Below are positions 40,065-56,226 of a DNA stretch of 64,000 nt, piece after piece (within the stretch, counting starts at the first letter, position 1; the number at the start of each line of letters is the position of its first letter). The DNA lies in the NCBI GenBank assembly GCA_000004695.1, contig CM000152.2, positions 928,001 to 992,000 on the forward strand, read 5' to 3'. Origin of the DNA: Dictyostelium discoideum. Taxonomy: Eukaryota. The translations under genes and the position numbers were made by a program. The notes beneath the pieces were generated by a model. That model ran no database searches, had not been told where the DNA came from, and saw only the letters and a program-made list of their open reading frames with translations.

Positions 40065-41744
40065 TTATGGTTTAGGAATAAAATCTTTTAATGATTCTGT
40101 AATTGATTGAATATCTAAATTTAAAGTTTTAATGATAAATGAAGCAATATCTATATTATTTATATTACCTCTTAAGATTGGATCAATATAATTATCAACT
40201 ATTTCAGTTTGATGATCTTTTAGACGAGTTTCAAATTTACCTTCAGAGATTGTATCACCAAAGGTGTAGAGATTGACATCCTCACCAGTATGACCACCAG
40301 TGGTGAAACCAATATCAGCATAGTTTGAAACGATACGACCAATCACTTGATTGAGATAATAGGCAGACTTGGTTCTATTGATTTCTTTTAAATCATCTGA
40401 TGTTAATGTGTAACCTGTATTATCGAAAATCAATTTCGTTGGATCAGCACCACCTTTGATAAGTTCTGCCATGAGATCAGCAGATTTATTCACTGTCAAT
40501 AATGTCTCTGGTGACCATGAATATTTTGGATTACCATCGATAACCATTTGATTTGCTAATGTAAGACCACCAGTTTCATGATCTGCTGTCACAATTACAA
40601 TGGTATTACCATCCTTCTCTGCCCATTCTCTAACTAGATTAAAAGTTTGATCAAATGCATCAGTCTCCCAAATCTGAGTGGGTGCGTCATTGATATGAGC
40701 TGCCACATCAATCTTTGAGCCTTCCACCATTAAAAAGAAACCATTTTCATTGTTTTGTGAGATTAAATTCAATGCTTTGGTGGTCATCTCCTGTAGGGAT
40801 GGTTTGGTTGAAAGTAATGTTGGATCTCTTAAACGATCGATTTCCCAAGGTATGTTGTAATCTGCAAAGAGTCCTAAAATTCTACCTGCTTCAACTTGTT
40901 CCATCTCTTGTTTACTCTCAACATACGAGTAGTTGTATTTGCTTGATACAGCATCTTGAAGTGTTTTATTGCTAAAGAATTGTTTACCACCACCCAATAT
41001 CACATCGATCTCCTTGTCCAACAATTGATCGATAATGAATGCCTCGTCATGACGCGTTGCGCTGTGTGCGAAATAGCATGCTGGTGTCGCATCAGAGATA
41101 CGAGTTGTGACGACCAATCCTGTCTTCATACCCAACTTTTTAGCTGCCTCAATGATTGTGCCTGCTGGCTTGCCATTTGCATCGACACCCACTGCATTAT
41201 TATACGTCTTGACACCACTTGCATAGGCCGTTGCCGCTGCGGCACTGTCGGTAACCACACTGTTGCTTGAGTATGTCTTCACTGTGCCCACTATATATGG
41301 GTCTAAATGTAAATGTGCCTGACTTGTACTCTCACCTTTTGTATGAAAACATACTCTTGCCATGGTCAACGCTGCTGGTCCCATACCATCACCAATCATC
41401 ATAATTATATTTGTCTTTTTCTTTGGGCCTTCCCATCCTCTTGGTAATAAAAACACAATCAATAACACAACAGTCACTAGTATTGCCAATGATGTCAATA
41501 TGTAAAAAATTCTCTTATGTGTACTTGTGAATCTTTTCTTGCTATCAAAATCTTCTTCTAATAAAAAGTGGGATACAACTTTACCACCACCACCACTACT
41601 TACACCTGATGATGATGTCATTGGCTCCATTGGAATTGCAGTGGATCCATCCATTTCATCTTTATCATTACCACCACCACCACCACCACCACCACCGCCA
41701 ATACCCGATTCACGGATTGATGATGAATTTGGTGCTTGTTCCAT
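40065..41744 (-). CDS. alp: Alkaline phosphatase, 559 aa, no introns. It has an N-terminal polyGly tract and a single TM anchor.
   Basis: Motifs: MMIGDGMGPAA, active-site DSAAAATAYASGVKT, TADHETGGLT and FTTGGHTGEDVNLYTFG. The TM segment is ILTSLAILVTVVLLIVFLL. Confidence 0.85.
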   Translation of the reverse strand: MEQAPNSSSIRESGIGGGGGGGGGGNDKDEMDGSTAIPMEPMTSSSGVSSGGGGKVVSHFLLEEDFDSKKRFTSTHKRIFYILTSLAILVTVVLLIVFLLPRGWEGPKKKTNIIMMIGDGMGPAALTMARVCFHTKGESTSQAHLHLDPYIVGTVKTYSSNSVVTDSAAAATAYASGVKTYNNAVGVDANGKPAGTIIEAAKKLGMKTGLVVTTRISDATPACYFAHSATRHDEAFIIDQLLDKEIDVILGGGKQFFSNKTLQDAVSSKYNYSYVESKQEMEQVEAGRILGLFADYNIPWEIDRLRDPTLLSTKPSLQEMTTKALNLISQNNENGFFLMVEGSKIDVAAHINDAPTQIWETDAFDQTFNLVREWAEKDGNTIVIVTADHETGGLTLANQMVIDGNPKYSWSPETLLTVNKSADLMAELIKGGADPTKLIFDNTGYTLTSDDLKEINRTKSAYYLNQVIGRIVSNYADIGFTTGGHTGEDVNLYTFGDTISEGKFETRLKDHQTEIVDNYIDPILRGNINNIDIASFIIKTLNLDIQSITESLKDFIPKP

Positions 41745-42191
41745 CTTTGTATAATTTACTTTTGAAGAAGTAGAATTATTTGTAATGTTACTGGGATTTG
41801 TAATTGTGCTTTATTAATCCTAATAGTTTCTTTAACAAAAAAAAAATAATAATTTCAAACAAAACTATAAAAGATTTTGAAATTATATAAAAAGTATTAT
41901 TATAATTATTATTAATATGATATTTTAATTAATTTAAAAAAAAAATAAAAAAAAATAAAAAAATAAAAAAATTGGGAAAAAAAAAAATAAAAAAACAATT
42001 AAAAATAAAAAAAATAAAAACAAAAATAAAAATATTTACCAACGTTTTTTTATTTTGTTTTTTTTTTTATTATTTTTTAATTTAACAGTTTAATTTTTAA
42101 TTTTTAATTTTTATTTTACATAAAAAAAGATAAAATAAGAATAAAAAATAATAATAATAAATAAGATTTAAAAAAAAAAAAAAATTATAAG

Positions 42192-42252
<61 letters not shown>
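42192..42252. repeat. Poly(A) homopolymer of about 60 nt in the divergent alp/LRR promoter region, followed by a (CA)n/(CACAAA)n tract at 42320-42350.
   Basis: Direct reading. Confidence 0.95.
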
Positions 42253-42254
<2 letters not shown>

Positions 42255-42897
42255 AAAAGAACAAAAGAAGAATAAAAAAATGTGTGTGTTAATAGTAATA
42301 GAAATTATTATTAGAATATAAACCACACACACACAAACACAAACACACACACCATTAAGGTTTCTGTTTTTTTTTTATTTTTATCACTCTTAATACATGA
42401 TCGAAAACATATTTAATTCGAGGTAAAATTTTAAAAATAGAATTTTTTAGAATTAGAACAAAAAAAAAAAAAAAAAAAACAGGATTGGTTCTGTTTTTTT
42501 TTGTTTTTTGTTTTTTTAAAATTATTAATAACTTTGATTTGGAGTAATAAATATTAATTTCTTCTTGAAGGTGAAATTTTTAAAAATTAGTGTGAATTAT
42601 CATTGTTATTGTTTTAGCTAATTACAATTAAGGAAAAAAATAAAATAAATAATAATAAAAATAAAAATAAAATAAAAAAATTAATATTAATAGTTATAAT
42701 CTTACAAATTCACAAAAATATTGATTGTGATAAAAATCAATTTTCAATTATATGTATATTGCATACATTTTTTTTTTTTTTTTTTTGGATCTGTTTGTGC
42801 AATAAACAATTCCCAAAAAAAAAAAAATTAAGGAAAATGAAGTTTTTTTAAAAATATAATTCAAATAAAAAATTTTTAAAAAAAAAAAAATAAAAAA

Positions 42898-42930
<33 letters not shown>

Positions 42931-43317
42931 ATTTTTTGAGCGTGTGTGCACCCAAATTTTATTTGTTTATTGAATTATTTATTATTTATTTTTATTTAAC
43001 AATAAAAACAACTACAACAACAATAACAATAACAACAACAATTATTATATATATATATATATATATCTATCTATATATTACAAATTGAGTAATATATTTG
43101 TATTTATATCAACACATACAGAAAAATAAAAAAAAAAAAAAATAATAAATAATAAATAAAAAAATAAAAATAAAATAAAAATAAAATAAAAATAAAAAAA
43201 AATAAAAAAAACAATAAAAAAAAAAAAAAAAAAAACTCAAACAACAACAATTATATCATCCAATAGCAACACAACAAAAAAAGTAATAATAATAATAATA
43301 AATTAATAAAAAATAAT

Positions 43318-44724
43318 ATGGGTAATATTATCGATAAATCAAAAGATAATCATGAACCTGTGAATCAAGATGCATTTGTATTTTGGAGATCTTTAAAAAA
43401 GATTTATGAAGATCCTGATTCTTTAAATACAAGATTCTCTGAATTCATGGATGGCTTTCAAAATGGTGATTTTAATAATGAATCTTCAAATTCCAAATCA
43501 GGTAAGTTTATTATAATACTAATTAAAATAAAATTTTAAAAAAAAAATAAAAAAAAATAAAAAAAATGAATTAATAATAATTTTTTTTTTTTTTTTACTA
43601 TTTATTTATTAATTTTTAAAAAATAATAAATAAATAAATTAATAAATTAATAAATAAATAAATAAATAAATAAATAAATAGGAAAAAGAGAATCAAAAAA
43701 TGAATCATATGTTTTAATGGGAGAAACATCAAAAGGTGATGTAAAGAAACCAGTTAATTCAAGTAAGATATCATTTGTATTTTCAGAAAGTCAAGAAGCA
43801 GAGGCAATTAATAGAAATTTATTACAAACGATCAATTGTAAATTACAATTGATTCCAATAGAATTGAATCATTTCACATTGAATTTAGATAATCATTATA
43901 TAAGTGAGAGGATGTTTCTCTCTATATGTGCAACCTTTTTAGAGAATAATAAAAACTATCATAATCGTCATATGTCGACAACGTTGAAGGAGACACCATT
44001 GAATACAGTGAAAAAGAAGAAAATTCAATCAGAGTTACAAGATTACATTTCAAAATATTATTTCACAATTACAAAGTTGTCTTTGAAAAAGATATTACTC
44101 TCAACGAGATCATTGGAAGGTTTATCACAAGTTTTGAGAACAAATAGATCAATTGTAGAGTTGGATTTGGGTGGCAATGATTTAAGTTGTAATGGTGGTA
44201 TTCCAATTTTAATCGCAGGTCTAAGGGAGAATAAAACCATCACCCGTTTAAATCTATCAGATATTCATGCATATGATGAAGGTGCCTTTATGATCTCTGC
44301 TTATCTATTGTGTAGTAAATCTGTCAAAATCATTGACCTCTCAACAAATCATATCTCTGACAGAGGTTTCGAGTCATTATTGGCCGCTGTCACTAGAAAC
44401 ACTCTCATCACTTCATTATTCCTATCAGATAATAATATAGAATCATCAAAAATTCATTCTCTAAATCATCTTCTTAAAAGAAATACTGCAATTCAATCGG
44501 TTTTTGATCAAATTTTTGATTCAATCCCTTGGAATAGAAAATTTAAAACAAAGGTAGCTTCATTTAAAAGAAATGTTTTAAAAACTAGAACAAATAGTAC
44601 ATTAAATGTTGAACAAATTGAAGATGATAAAACTCCATTATTTAGAGTAAGTAAAATAGTTTATTTTTATTTATCATTTTTATTTTTAATCATATATTTT
44701 TTTCGCCAGTGGAAAACTGGTTGA
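43318..44724 (+). CDS. Leucine-rich-repeat protein of the ribonuclease-inhibitor (RNI-like) type. Exons 43318..43501 and 43682..44724. There may be a small terminal intron at 44647..44709.
   Basis: RNI-type repeats: RSIVELDLGGNDLSCNGGIPILIAGLRENKTITRLNLSD ... KIIDLSTNHISDRGFESLLAAV ... LFLSDNNIESSK. GTAAGT donor at 43502 and aaatag acceptor at 43680-43681 are phase-consistent. Confidence 0.6.
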
Positions 44725-45213
44725 AATTTGTAGAAAAATTTTAGATTTTTTTTTTTTTTTGTTTTTTTTTTTTAATTTTTTTTTTTTTATTATTTTTTTA
44801 TTTTATTTTATTTTTTAAAAATTTTCTTTTTTTTTTTTTTTTTTTTCTTTTAATTTAGTTTATAGAAATCACAACACAAATTTATTCATTCACATATATT
44901 CACATTACACACAATCAACAAAAAAACATAAAAAAAAAAAAAAAAAAAACATAAAAAAAGTCATAAAATTATTTCGTGGGTCAAATTAATTATTTTATTT
45001 TTACTTTAATTAAAACCCCACCTTTTTTTTTTTCTTTTTTTATTATTTTTTTAATTTTATTTTATTTTTTATTTTTTTTTAATTTATTTTTTATTTTTGC
45101 ACAAATACGAATTCAAAATTAATTAAAATTTCACCATATACTTTTCCACACGTTTACATAAATATAAATAATATTTTTAAAAAATATAAATATATACATA
45201 TAATAATAATTTT

Positions 45214-45250
<37 letters not shown>

Positions 45251-45270
45251 TCAATTTTTTTATAAAAATA

Positions 45271-45351
<81 letters not shown>

Positions 45352-46508
45352 CAATTAATCGCCAACAATTTACCATAATTTCATTTAATATAAATAAATT
45401 TGTAGTTTATTTTTTTCAACAAATATATATAAGTATTTTTTTTTTTTTTTTTTGAACATCAAAATAATAAAAAAAAAATATACCTCCTCAATTCTTTTAA
45501 TTTTAAATACACCACCTTTTAAAAATTAAGTTATTGTGTAAAAAAAAAAAAATATATATATATTTTTTTTTTTTTACTTTGGACAATAACAAAAAAACAA
45601 TCAAACCATAGGTATTATTCACAGTTGTTACTCAAACGTAAATTATCATTTATTCATTACTTTATTTTTATTTTTTTATTATTTCAATGTAATTCCACCT
45701 TTTTTTTTTTTTTTGTTTTTTTTTTTAAAAAAAAAAAAAAAATCCTCCTCTTTTATTCCCAAAATTAAAAGATTTAAAATTTCAAACTATAAAGGTGTTA
45801 TTTTTACTTTTTTTTTTTTTTTTGTTCAAAAATCAATTTCAAAAATTTCACCCAATTATCCACCAAAACTCATAATAATAATAATAAAACAATAATAATA
45901 TCTTTGATAAGAAATTTTTTTTTTTTTTTTGTAATTGCGGAGATCACGATCACTTACTTTTTTATTATTGTGAAAATAACTACAAAGTTTTTTTTATTTT
46001 TTTTAAAAATTTAAAAATTTTTTTTTTTTTTTTTCTTTTTTCAAAAAAAAAAAAAATTTCTTTGTTGTCATAATCAATCAATAACTTTAAATCAATCTTT
46101 ATCCCAAATATATATATATATTTTTTTTTTATAAATTAAAAGGGTGGGTGTGAAAATATTTTTTTGATTAACCCAAAGATATCTTTTTTGGGTTTTTTTT
46201 TTTAAAAAAAAAAAAAATCCAAAATTAAAAGTTTTTTTTTTTTTTTAATCACACAAAACTAAACCATATAAACGATATAACAAAATAATCACCCAATTAG
46301 GTTATATACAAGTTATTATTAATTAATTTAATTTCAATTTTTTATTTGTTTTTTTTTTTATTTTTTTTTTTGTGTTTATATTTTGTAATTAAAAAAATAA
46401 AAATAAAAATTTTTATTTTATTTTTTAGTGTATTAAAAAAAAAAAAAAATTTATTAATTTATTAAAATTTCCTTTCTTTTAATATATTTATATATATATT
46501 TATAGTTA

Positions 46509-47359
46509 ATGAATAAACAGGGTAGTAGCAGTGCACTAACTGCCTCACCAGAAGAGTCTGATGGCTCTAGATTTAAAGTTGGAAAGAGTGAAATGACTGG
46601 TAAAAGACCGACAATGGAGGATAGAATGGTAGCATATGGAAATTTTAGAAATAATCCAAATTCAGAATTATATTGCATTTTCGACGGACATGGAGGACGT
46701 GCTGCTTCAGATTTTGCAGCAGATAATATCTATAAAATATTTGCAGAGTTTTTAGATGCAAACAATACACCAGAAGAATCATTCACAAAAGCATATAAAA
46801 GTATCAATACACAGATTTCACCTTGGCCGTTCATTGGTACCACAGCAGCTTCTGTATATATATGTGAAAATAAAGTTTATATAGCAAATGTAGGTGATTC
46901 AAGAGTAGTTTTAGGTAAAATTATAGGTTCCGATAGTAGTGGTAATAGCGGTGGTGGTGGAGGAGGAAGTGCTGAAGGCGGAGGTGATGAACAACAGCAA
47001 CTACAACAACAACAACAACAACAACCACAACCACAACAACAACAAAAAAAAACTACAGCAGAAAGATTAACATTTGATCACAGACCTGTCGAAGAGTCTG
47101 AACGTTTACGAATTACAGAAGCAGGCGGTACAGTTTTAAATGGACGTGTCAATGGAATGTTGGCAGTATCAAGAGCTTTAGGTGACTCTTTCCTCACTCC
47201 TTATGTCATTCCAGATCCTCATCTATCTTCATTTACAATTTCAAAAGATGATAAATTTTTAATTTTAGCTTGCGATGGTGTTTGGGATTTGGTATGTTTT
47301 TTTTTTTTTCATTAGATTATAATTTTTTCCTTCCAAGAATATTTACTAATAATATATAT

Positions 47360-47391
<32 letters not shown>

Positions 47392-47668
47392 TCTCATAAT
47401 TTTTATAGATATCAGATGAAGAAGCAGTTGAAACTATTGCAGGAATTTCAGATCCAAATAAAGCTGCAGAAACATTAAGAGATTTGGCTTACAATTCTGG
47501 AAGTACTGATAATATCTCTGTGTGTGGTAAGTTGTTTATTTATTTATTTTTTTTTTTCTCTTCATTATGATAACCTAAAATTCAGTGAAACTAACAAATT
47601 TTATTTATTTTTTTTATTTTTTATTTTTTTATTTTATTTTCATAGTGGTAAAATTAAGTGATTATTAA
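46509..47668 (+). CDS. PP2C-family protein phosphatase. Three exons: 46509..47291, 47409..47526 and 47646..47668.
   Basis: Motifs: TMEDRMVA, FDGHGG, VANVGDSRVV, LAVSRALGD, ACDGVWD, STDNISV and a C-terminal VVKLSDY. Internal poly-G and poly-Q inserts. GTATGT/GTAAGT donors and tatag/catag acceptors; phases checked. Confidence 0.8.
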
Positions 47669-48179
47669 GTTGTAGTATATAAATAGTTCTCAAAAATAAA
47701 AAAATAAAAAAAAATAATAAAAAAAAAATTTTAAAAAAAAAATAAAAATTATCATAGTTGTTATTTCTAAAATAGTGACAATAAAAATTATTTATTTATT
47801 TTTATTTTTAATTTATTTTTGTTTTTATTTTCTTTGCATATAAATCAAAAATCTAACCAAAGGAAAAAATTAAAACATTTTTAAAAAATTAAAAAAAAAT
47901 ATTTTTTTTAATTTTTTTTTTTTTTTAATTTTAATTTTTTTTTTTTTTTTTTTTTCCCCAACATATAGTTTTGTTTTTATTTTTTTTATACCTCAAAGTT
48001 TTAACAAAACAAAAAACAAAAAAAGTGAAAATAATAAATAAAATAATAAAATTTAGTTTTTTTCAATAAAGTTCTTTGTAAATAATAGTTTGATAAAAAA
48101 AAAAAAAAAACAAAAAAAAAAGTTTTAATAATTCTTTTTCTTTTTTTTTTTAAAAAAAAAGAAAAAGAAATAATTCACA

Positions 48180-50777
<2,598 letters not shown>

Positions 50778-51307
50778 TATCAATAATTAATAATAATAAT
50801 AAAATTCTCAATAAATAACTTGGAAAAAAAAAAATAAAAAATAAAAAAAACAAAAAAAAAAAAAAAAAAAAAAAATAAATTTAAAAGTAAATATTTTGGT
50901 AAATGATATTTTTATTTTTACTCTTTGTTGAAATAAAAAAAAGGATGGTAAATATATTATTTCTAAGAATAAACTTTTTTATTAAAAAAAAAAAAAAAAA
51001 ATGGAAAAGGTTTTTCATTTTTCTCTAAATAAAAAAAAAAAAAAAATATCAGAAAGAATCAAATAATTTGAATTACCTTAAATTATTAGGCGACGAAGAT
51101 GTCATCAGTTTTATTGATTTTTCCCCCAAGATATTTTTTTGGTGCATTTTTGTTTTTTTTTTATGATTTTTTTTTTTTTTGATTTTTTTTTTTTAACAAC
51201 AAAAAAAATTATTTAAACTAAAATTTTCTTCATTGGATACCAAGGTCAGGACCATTTATTCAATTTGTTTATTAATATTTTAATAAAAAAAAAAATAAAA
51301 AAAAATA

Positions 51308-52073
51308 ATGAAAATCCTATTTACACTTTTAATTATTCTCTCAACATTTAATTGCTTAGTTAAATCACAAAAATTTATTAATTTTGTTCCATATCAAGAT
51401 TATGAATGTACAACTAATTCATATGGGTATATTATTTAAAAATAAAAAATTTAATTACTATTAGGTCAATTTTATAAAAATCTATTAATTTTTTTTTTTT
51501 TCTTTTTTTTTTTTAAATATAAATAGTTTTGGATATTCAATTTCAACATCTCAAGAATGTATCTATAATTTAGGAAATGGACCATCTAATAAACCATTAT
51601 CTTACTCTGCAAGTTGGGAGACTTTTCAAAATGAAACATATCTTTATTTTAAGACTTATAACTATACCGATACAGCATGTCAAAGTCCTTTAGAACAATA
51701 TAGTATGCAAAATAATTCATGTAGTCCAAGTGTATTTTTACCAACACCATTTAATGGTACAATTGTTGGTTCTGAATACCAATATTCATTAATTTCTCTT
51801 ACTGATGAACCAGTTTATTCTCCAAATTCTCTTGTATTCTCACAATATCAACAACCAGATTTTAACGTTTGTTCCAATGGTGATCTTTTATTTTCCACAA
51901 CTGTTTCAAATGGTTTGAAAACTGTAAATGGTGAATATTCCACTTCCTACATTTGTAATAACAATAATGCATATCTCTATAACTGTATTGATCGTGTCAA
52001 TTGTAAACTCTCAAATATTACATTATCTTGTAATCAAGCTGGTAATATTAACAATCAAGTAAATTATTGTTAA
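51308..52073 (+). CDS. Small secreted cysteine-rich protein of about 220 aa. Two exons: 51308..51426 and 51527..52073.
   Basis: Signal peptide MKILFTLLIILSTFNCLVKS. About 14 Cys residues and several N-x-S/T sequons. The ORF-track protein 51705..52073 is the C-terminal part. GTATAT donor and aaatag acceptor in phase 2+1. No C-terminal hydrophobic tail, so probably not GPI-anchored. Confidence 0.55.
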
Positions 52074-52320
52074 AATAAAAAAATAAAAAAAAAAACATAT
52101 ATAAATATTTAAATAAATATTTATATATCCTTTTAAAAATTTTTTTTTTTTTCTTTCCACCTTTTTTTAAAATATTGTTACTTTTTAAAAAAAAAAAAAA
52201 AAAATTTTGTCATGACAAAACTTTTTTTTTTTTTTTTATTTTTTTATTTTTTTTAAAACCAATTCCTGTTGATCAAAAGTTTCTATTGTTTTTTTTTTTT
52301 TTTTAAATGTTTAATTATAA

Positions 52321-52722
52321 ATGAATTTCATTCATTTATCAAAAAGATTTTATTGTAATAAAATAATTAATAAAAATGTTTTAGAAATTTTAAAAGATAC
52401 AAAAGAAAAACTTTTAAAAAGTAATAATGAATTAATTTCAAATTATTCAGAATTGGAGAGTAAATTATTAGTTTCTCATGTACTAAAAATTAATGATCAT
52501 AATGATCAATATCAATTATTTAATAAAAAAGTACAATCTAGAATTATTTCAAATGAAGAATATAATCAATTACAATCATTTATTGAAAGAAGATTAAATA
52601 ATGAACCAATTAATTATATAATTGGTTATAGATACTTTTGGAAAAATAAATTCTTTTGTAATCATTCAACATTAATACCAAGACCTGATAGTGAAACTGT
52701 AAATTCTATATTAATTATTTTA

Positions 52723-52788
<66 letters not shown>

Positions 52789-53476
52789 TCATTTGTTATT
52801 AATATTTATTTATTTAATAAAGATAATTGAAAAAATTATTGAAGAATCAAAAGAAAAAGAATTAAAAATTAAAAAAATATTAGATTTAGGTACTGGAACA
52901 GGATGTTTATTATTATCAACATTAAATGAATTTAAAGATTCAATTGGAGTTGGTATTGATAAATCAAATGAAGCATTAATAATTGCAAATAAGAATGCTA
53001 TTGAATTATCATTAGATAAAAGAGTTTCACTTTTAAATTTTGATTGGAATAATTATGATAAAAATCAAATTTCAAAATTATTATCATCACCATCATCATC
53101 ATCACCATCGTCATCATCAAATACTAATAATGAAAATAATGAAAAATTTGATTTAGTTATTAGTAATCCACCTTATATTTCAAATGAAGAATTTAAATAT
53201 TTGAATCCAATTGTAACAGAATGGGAACCTAAAACAGCTTTAATAGCTGATGAAAATGGTTTAAAAGATTATAAAAGTATTGCATCATTTTTAAATGAAA
53301 ATAAAGATTCACTCTTATCTGATAATTGTTTAATCGTATTTGAAATTGGTAAAGGTCAAGAAAAAGATATTCAATCAATAATGGAAAATAAATATTCATT
53401 TAAATATATTGGTTATAAAAAAGATTTAAATTCAATAATTAGATGTTTAGTTTTTATGAAAAAAGTAAAAAAATAA
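52321..53476 (+). CDS. HemK/PrmC/MTQ1-like protein N5-glutamine methyltransferase. Two exons: 52321..52698 and 52823..53476.
   Basis: Motifs: FFCNHSTLIPRPDSE, AdoMet motif I ILDLGTGTGCLLL, catalytic VISNPPY, and C-terminal LIVFEIGKGQ. GTAAAT donor at 52699. The intron carries (ATT)n and its acceptor ends in aaag. Confidence 0.75.
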
Positions 53477-53523
53477 AAAAAATAAAATAAATGAAATTAT
53501 ATTATATAAACAATATTTTTTTT

Positions 53524-55342
53524 TTATTGAAATAATACACTCTTTTCTAAAGTATACTTTAATATTTCTTCTTCATTATTTGTTGAAAGAATTTTTTCAA
53601 GTTCTTGTTGTTCTTTTTCTTGTTGTTCTTTTTCTTGTTGTTCTTTTTCTTGTTGTTCTTGTTGTTGTTGTTGTTGAATTTCAAAATCTTCTTTCTTTTC
53701 TAACGATACAATATATTTTTCATCATTTATAATTTCTTTATCATTTTCAGTATTGGTGATGGTGGAGGTGGTTTCTTTGTTAATGAAATTTTTTTCAATA
53801 ATTAATTTACCACCACCTTTAACGACATTAATTGGTAAATTTTTAACATTCATTGCAGTATCGAAAACATCTTTTGATATTGAAATGGTTTGATCGGTAA
53901 CTTTGGCAGCATGTTCACCAAATTTATAATTGACTAAATCAACGGTTGTTCCAGTGGCTTCATCATAGACCATACTAATACCATCACCAATTGCACCAAT
54001 GATTGAACCAATTGATTTAATTGTAGTTTTACCGAAATTTAATGCTTCATTTTTATAAATATTTTCTTCTTCTTTTTCTTCTTCTTCTTTTGATTTTTCA
54101 CATTCACATTCACAATCATCACCATCTGAAGGACGGACTAAATTAACAACACCACCACCAACGGTTGCAACTGCGCTCGATAATGAACCAATGATATAGG
54201 AAGAACCTTGTTTAGCATATGAGGTTACGCTTTTTACACCTTCGACTGTGTTTACAATTATTGGTGAAACCTCAGCAGGTTTTTCATTCTTTTCCATAGT
54301 TGACATTAATTTATAACCACCACCTCTTAAACTTAATGATATTATTGAAGATGCTGATAAAATACAAGCAGCAATAGTTTGTGAACCAGAGTCAACACCA
54401 TTTGTTGCAGATTTAATTGAATTGACAACAAAATCAACATCTTTACTTTTCTCTAAAATTGCTGTATCACCATCATCTTTAATTATTAATTTATCGTTTT
54501 CTTGAGAAATTTTTGTAGTAGTAATATCATCTTCTTCTCCATCACCATTTGCAGTAGTTGTAGTAGTAGTTGTAGTAGTAGTAGTAGTTGTAGTTGATTC
54601 ATTTTCATTTGGTAATGTAATTAAAAAAGAGATCAACTCTAACTTTCTTTCAAGAATATCAATATAAACCAATGGTATATTATGAGGGAACAATAAACCG
54701 AAATAATCTTCATCACTCTTTATAACGTAATGACCTTTTGAGTGAATTAAAATTGGTGTTTGTGAAGTTAAAATAAAAGTTTGATTTGAAATACCATTTA
54801 TACCTTGATTTTCATTATTCTTTAATGAATCTTTGAATTTAATTTGAATGTAATGAATTTTATCATTTGCTTTCTTTAAATAAAATATACCACTTCCAAT
54901 AATTTGTTTTTCAATTACAATTTTATTTGTTGACATCAAATGGCCACTTACACCAACGCCACCAACACCACCGCCAATCTTTGGGGAAGATGTTAATTCT
55001 AGTGCTCTTTTTTGTTCGATATTATCTTCTTTCCATTTATAAATTACACATTCTGATATGGTTAATAATGTTGTGTGTTGTTGATTTTCAGTGTTATTAT
55101 TTACATTTTCATCTTTTGATAAGATTCTTCCTTTAATTTCTATAGCTTTATTTCTTTTCTTTATTAATTCAAATCTTATATTTTCAATTTGACATTTTAT
55201 ATTTTCATTAATTTCTTTATCTAAATTTTAATAAAATAAAATAAAATAAAAATTAATTAATTTGTTTAGGAAAAAAAAAAAGATAAAAAAAAAAAAATTA
55301 ATTATTTTAATTTGTTTAAATAAAAAATTATAATTATAATTG

Positions 55343-55433
<91 letters not shown>

Positions 55434-55660
55434 TATATGTATATATTACCTTCAGAGATATCATATGATAAATTAATTGCTTGTAAATAATGGTCAATGA
55501 CTGTGTTTATATGTAATTCACCAACATTACTATCGATGCTATTAATTGTATCTTTTTTTATTGTTTGTTCTATACTATCCAAGATATCATCTGCAATTGA
55601 TTGAATTGATTTACAACTGTATATTGAATTTTCAATTTTGGTATTAGTAATACTTGCCAT
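53524..55660 (-). CDS. Hypothetical protein of about 635 aa with a C-terminal Q/E-rich coiled coil. Exons 55660..55450 and 55220..53524.
   Basis: Exon 1 begins MASITNTKIEN.... GGTAAT donor. The 229-bp intron is filled by (AAT)n. TTTAG acceptor is phase 1+2 (G+AT gives Asp). There is a polyT tract and (QQEKE)n repeats. No recognised domain. Confidence 0.5.
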
Positions 55661-55995
55661 TGTATGTTGGAACAGTTTGTAGTTTTTTTTTTCTTTTTTT
55701 TTTTTTTATTGTGTGTGTGTGTGTGAGAGAGTGGGTGTTGTCAACAGTGTTATGATAATAATTATTATTGTACTGTTTTTACTTTTTTTTGTTTTGGAAA
55801 TTCTATTTTGAACTAAAAAAAATAAAATAAAAAAAAAGTTTAATTAAAATTAAATAATATTTATAATAATTATTAATAATGCAAATAAAACAAAACAATA
55901 AATCTTTTAAAAAACAAAAATAAAAATATAAAAAAAAAAAAAAAAAATAGAAAATAAAAAATTAAATTTAAATTAAAATAAAATAAAATAAAATT

Positions 55996-56036
<41 letters not shown>

Positions 56037-56172
56037 TATTTTATATTTATGTAAGAACTAAAAAAATTGTTAAAAGAAATCTAACGAAGCAAGAGTGAGG
56101 CATTAAAAAAAAAAAATTAAAAAAAAAAAAAAATTAAATAAAATAACCAAGAATTCCAACGTTTTGGTTTAA

Positions 56173-56226
<54 letters not shown>

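Noticed and set aside
44647-44709. Possible 63-nt terminal intron in the LRR gene (GTAAGT ... cgccag).
   Set aside because: It is not promoted to a separate feature. Its length is a multiple of 3 and it contains no stop, so retention or removal both give the same C-terminal WKTG stop. It cannot be decided from sequence alone.
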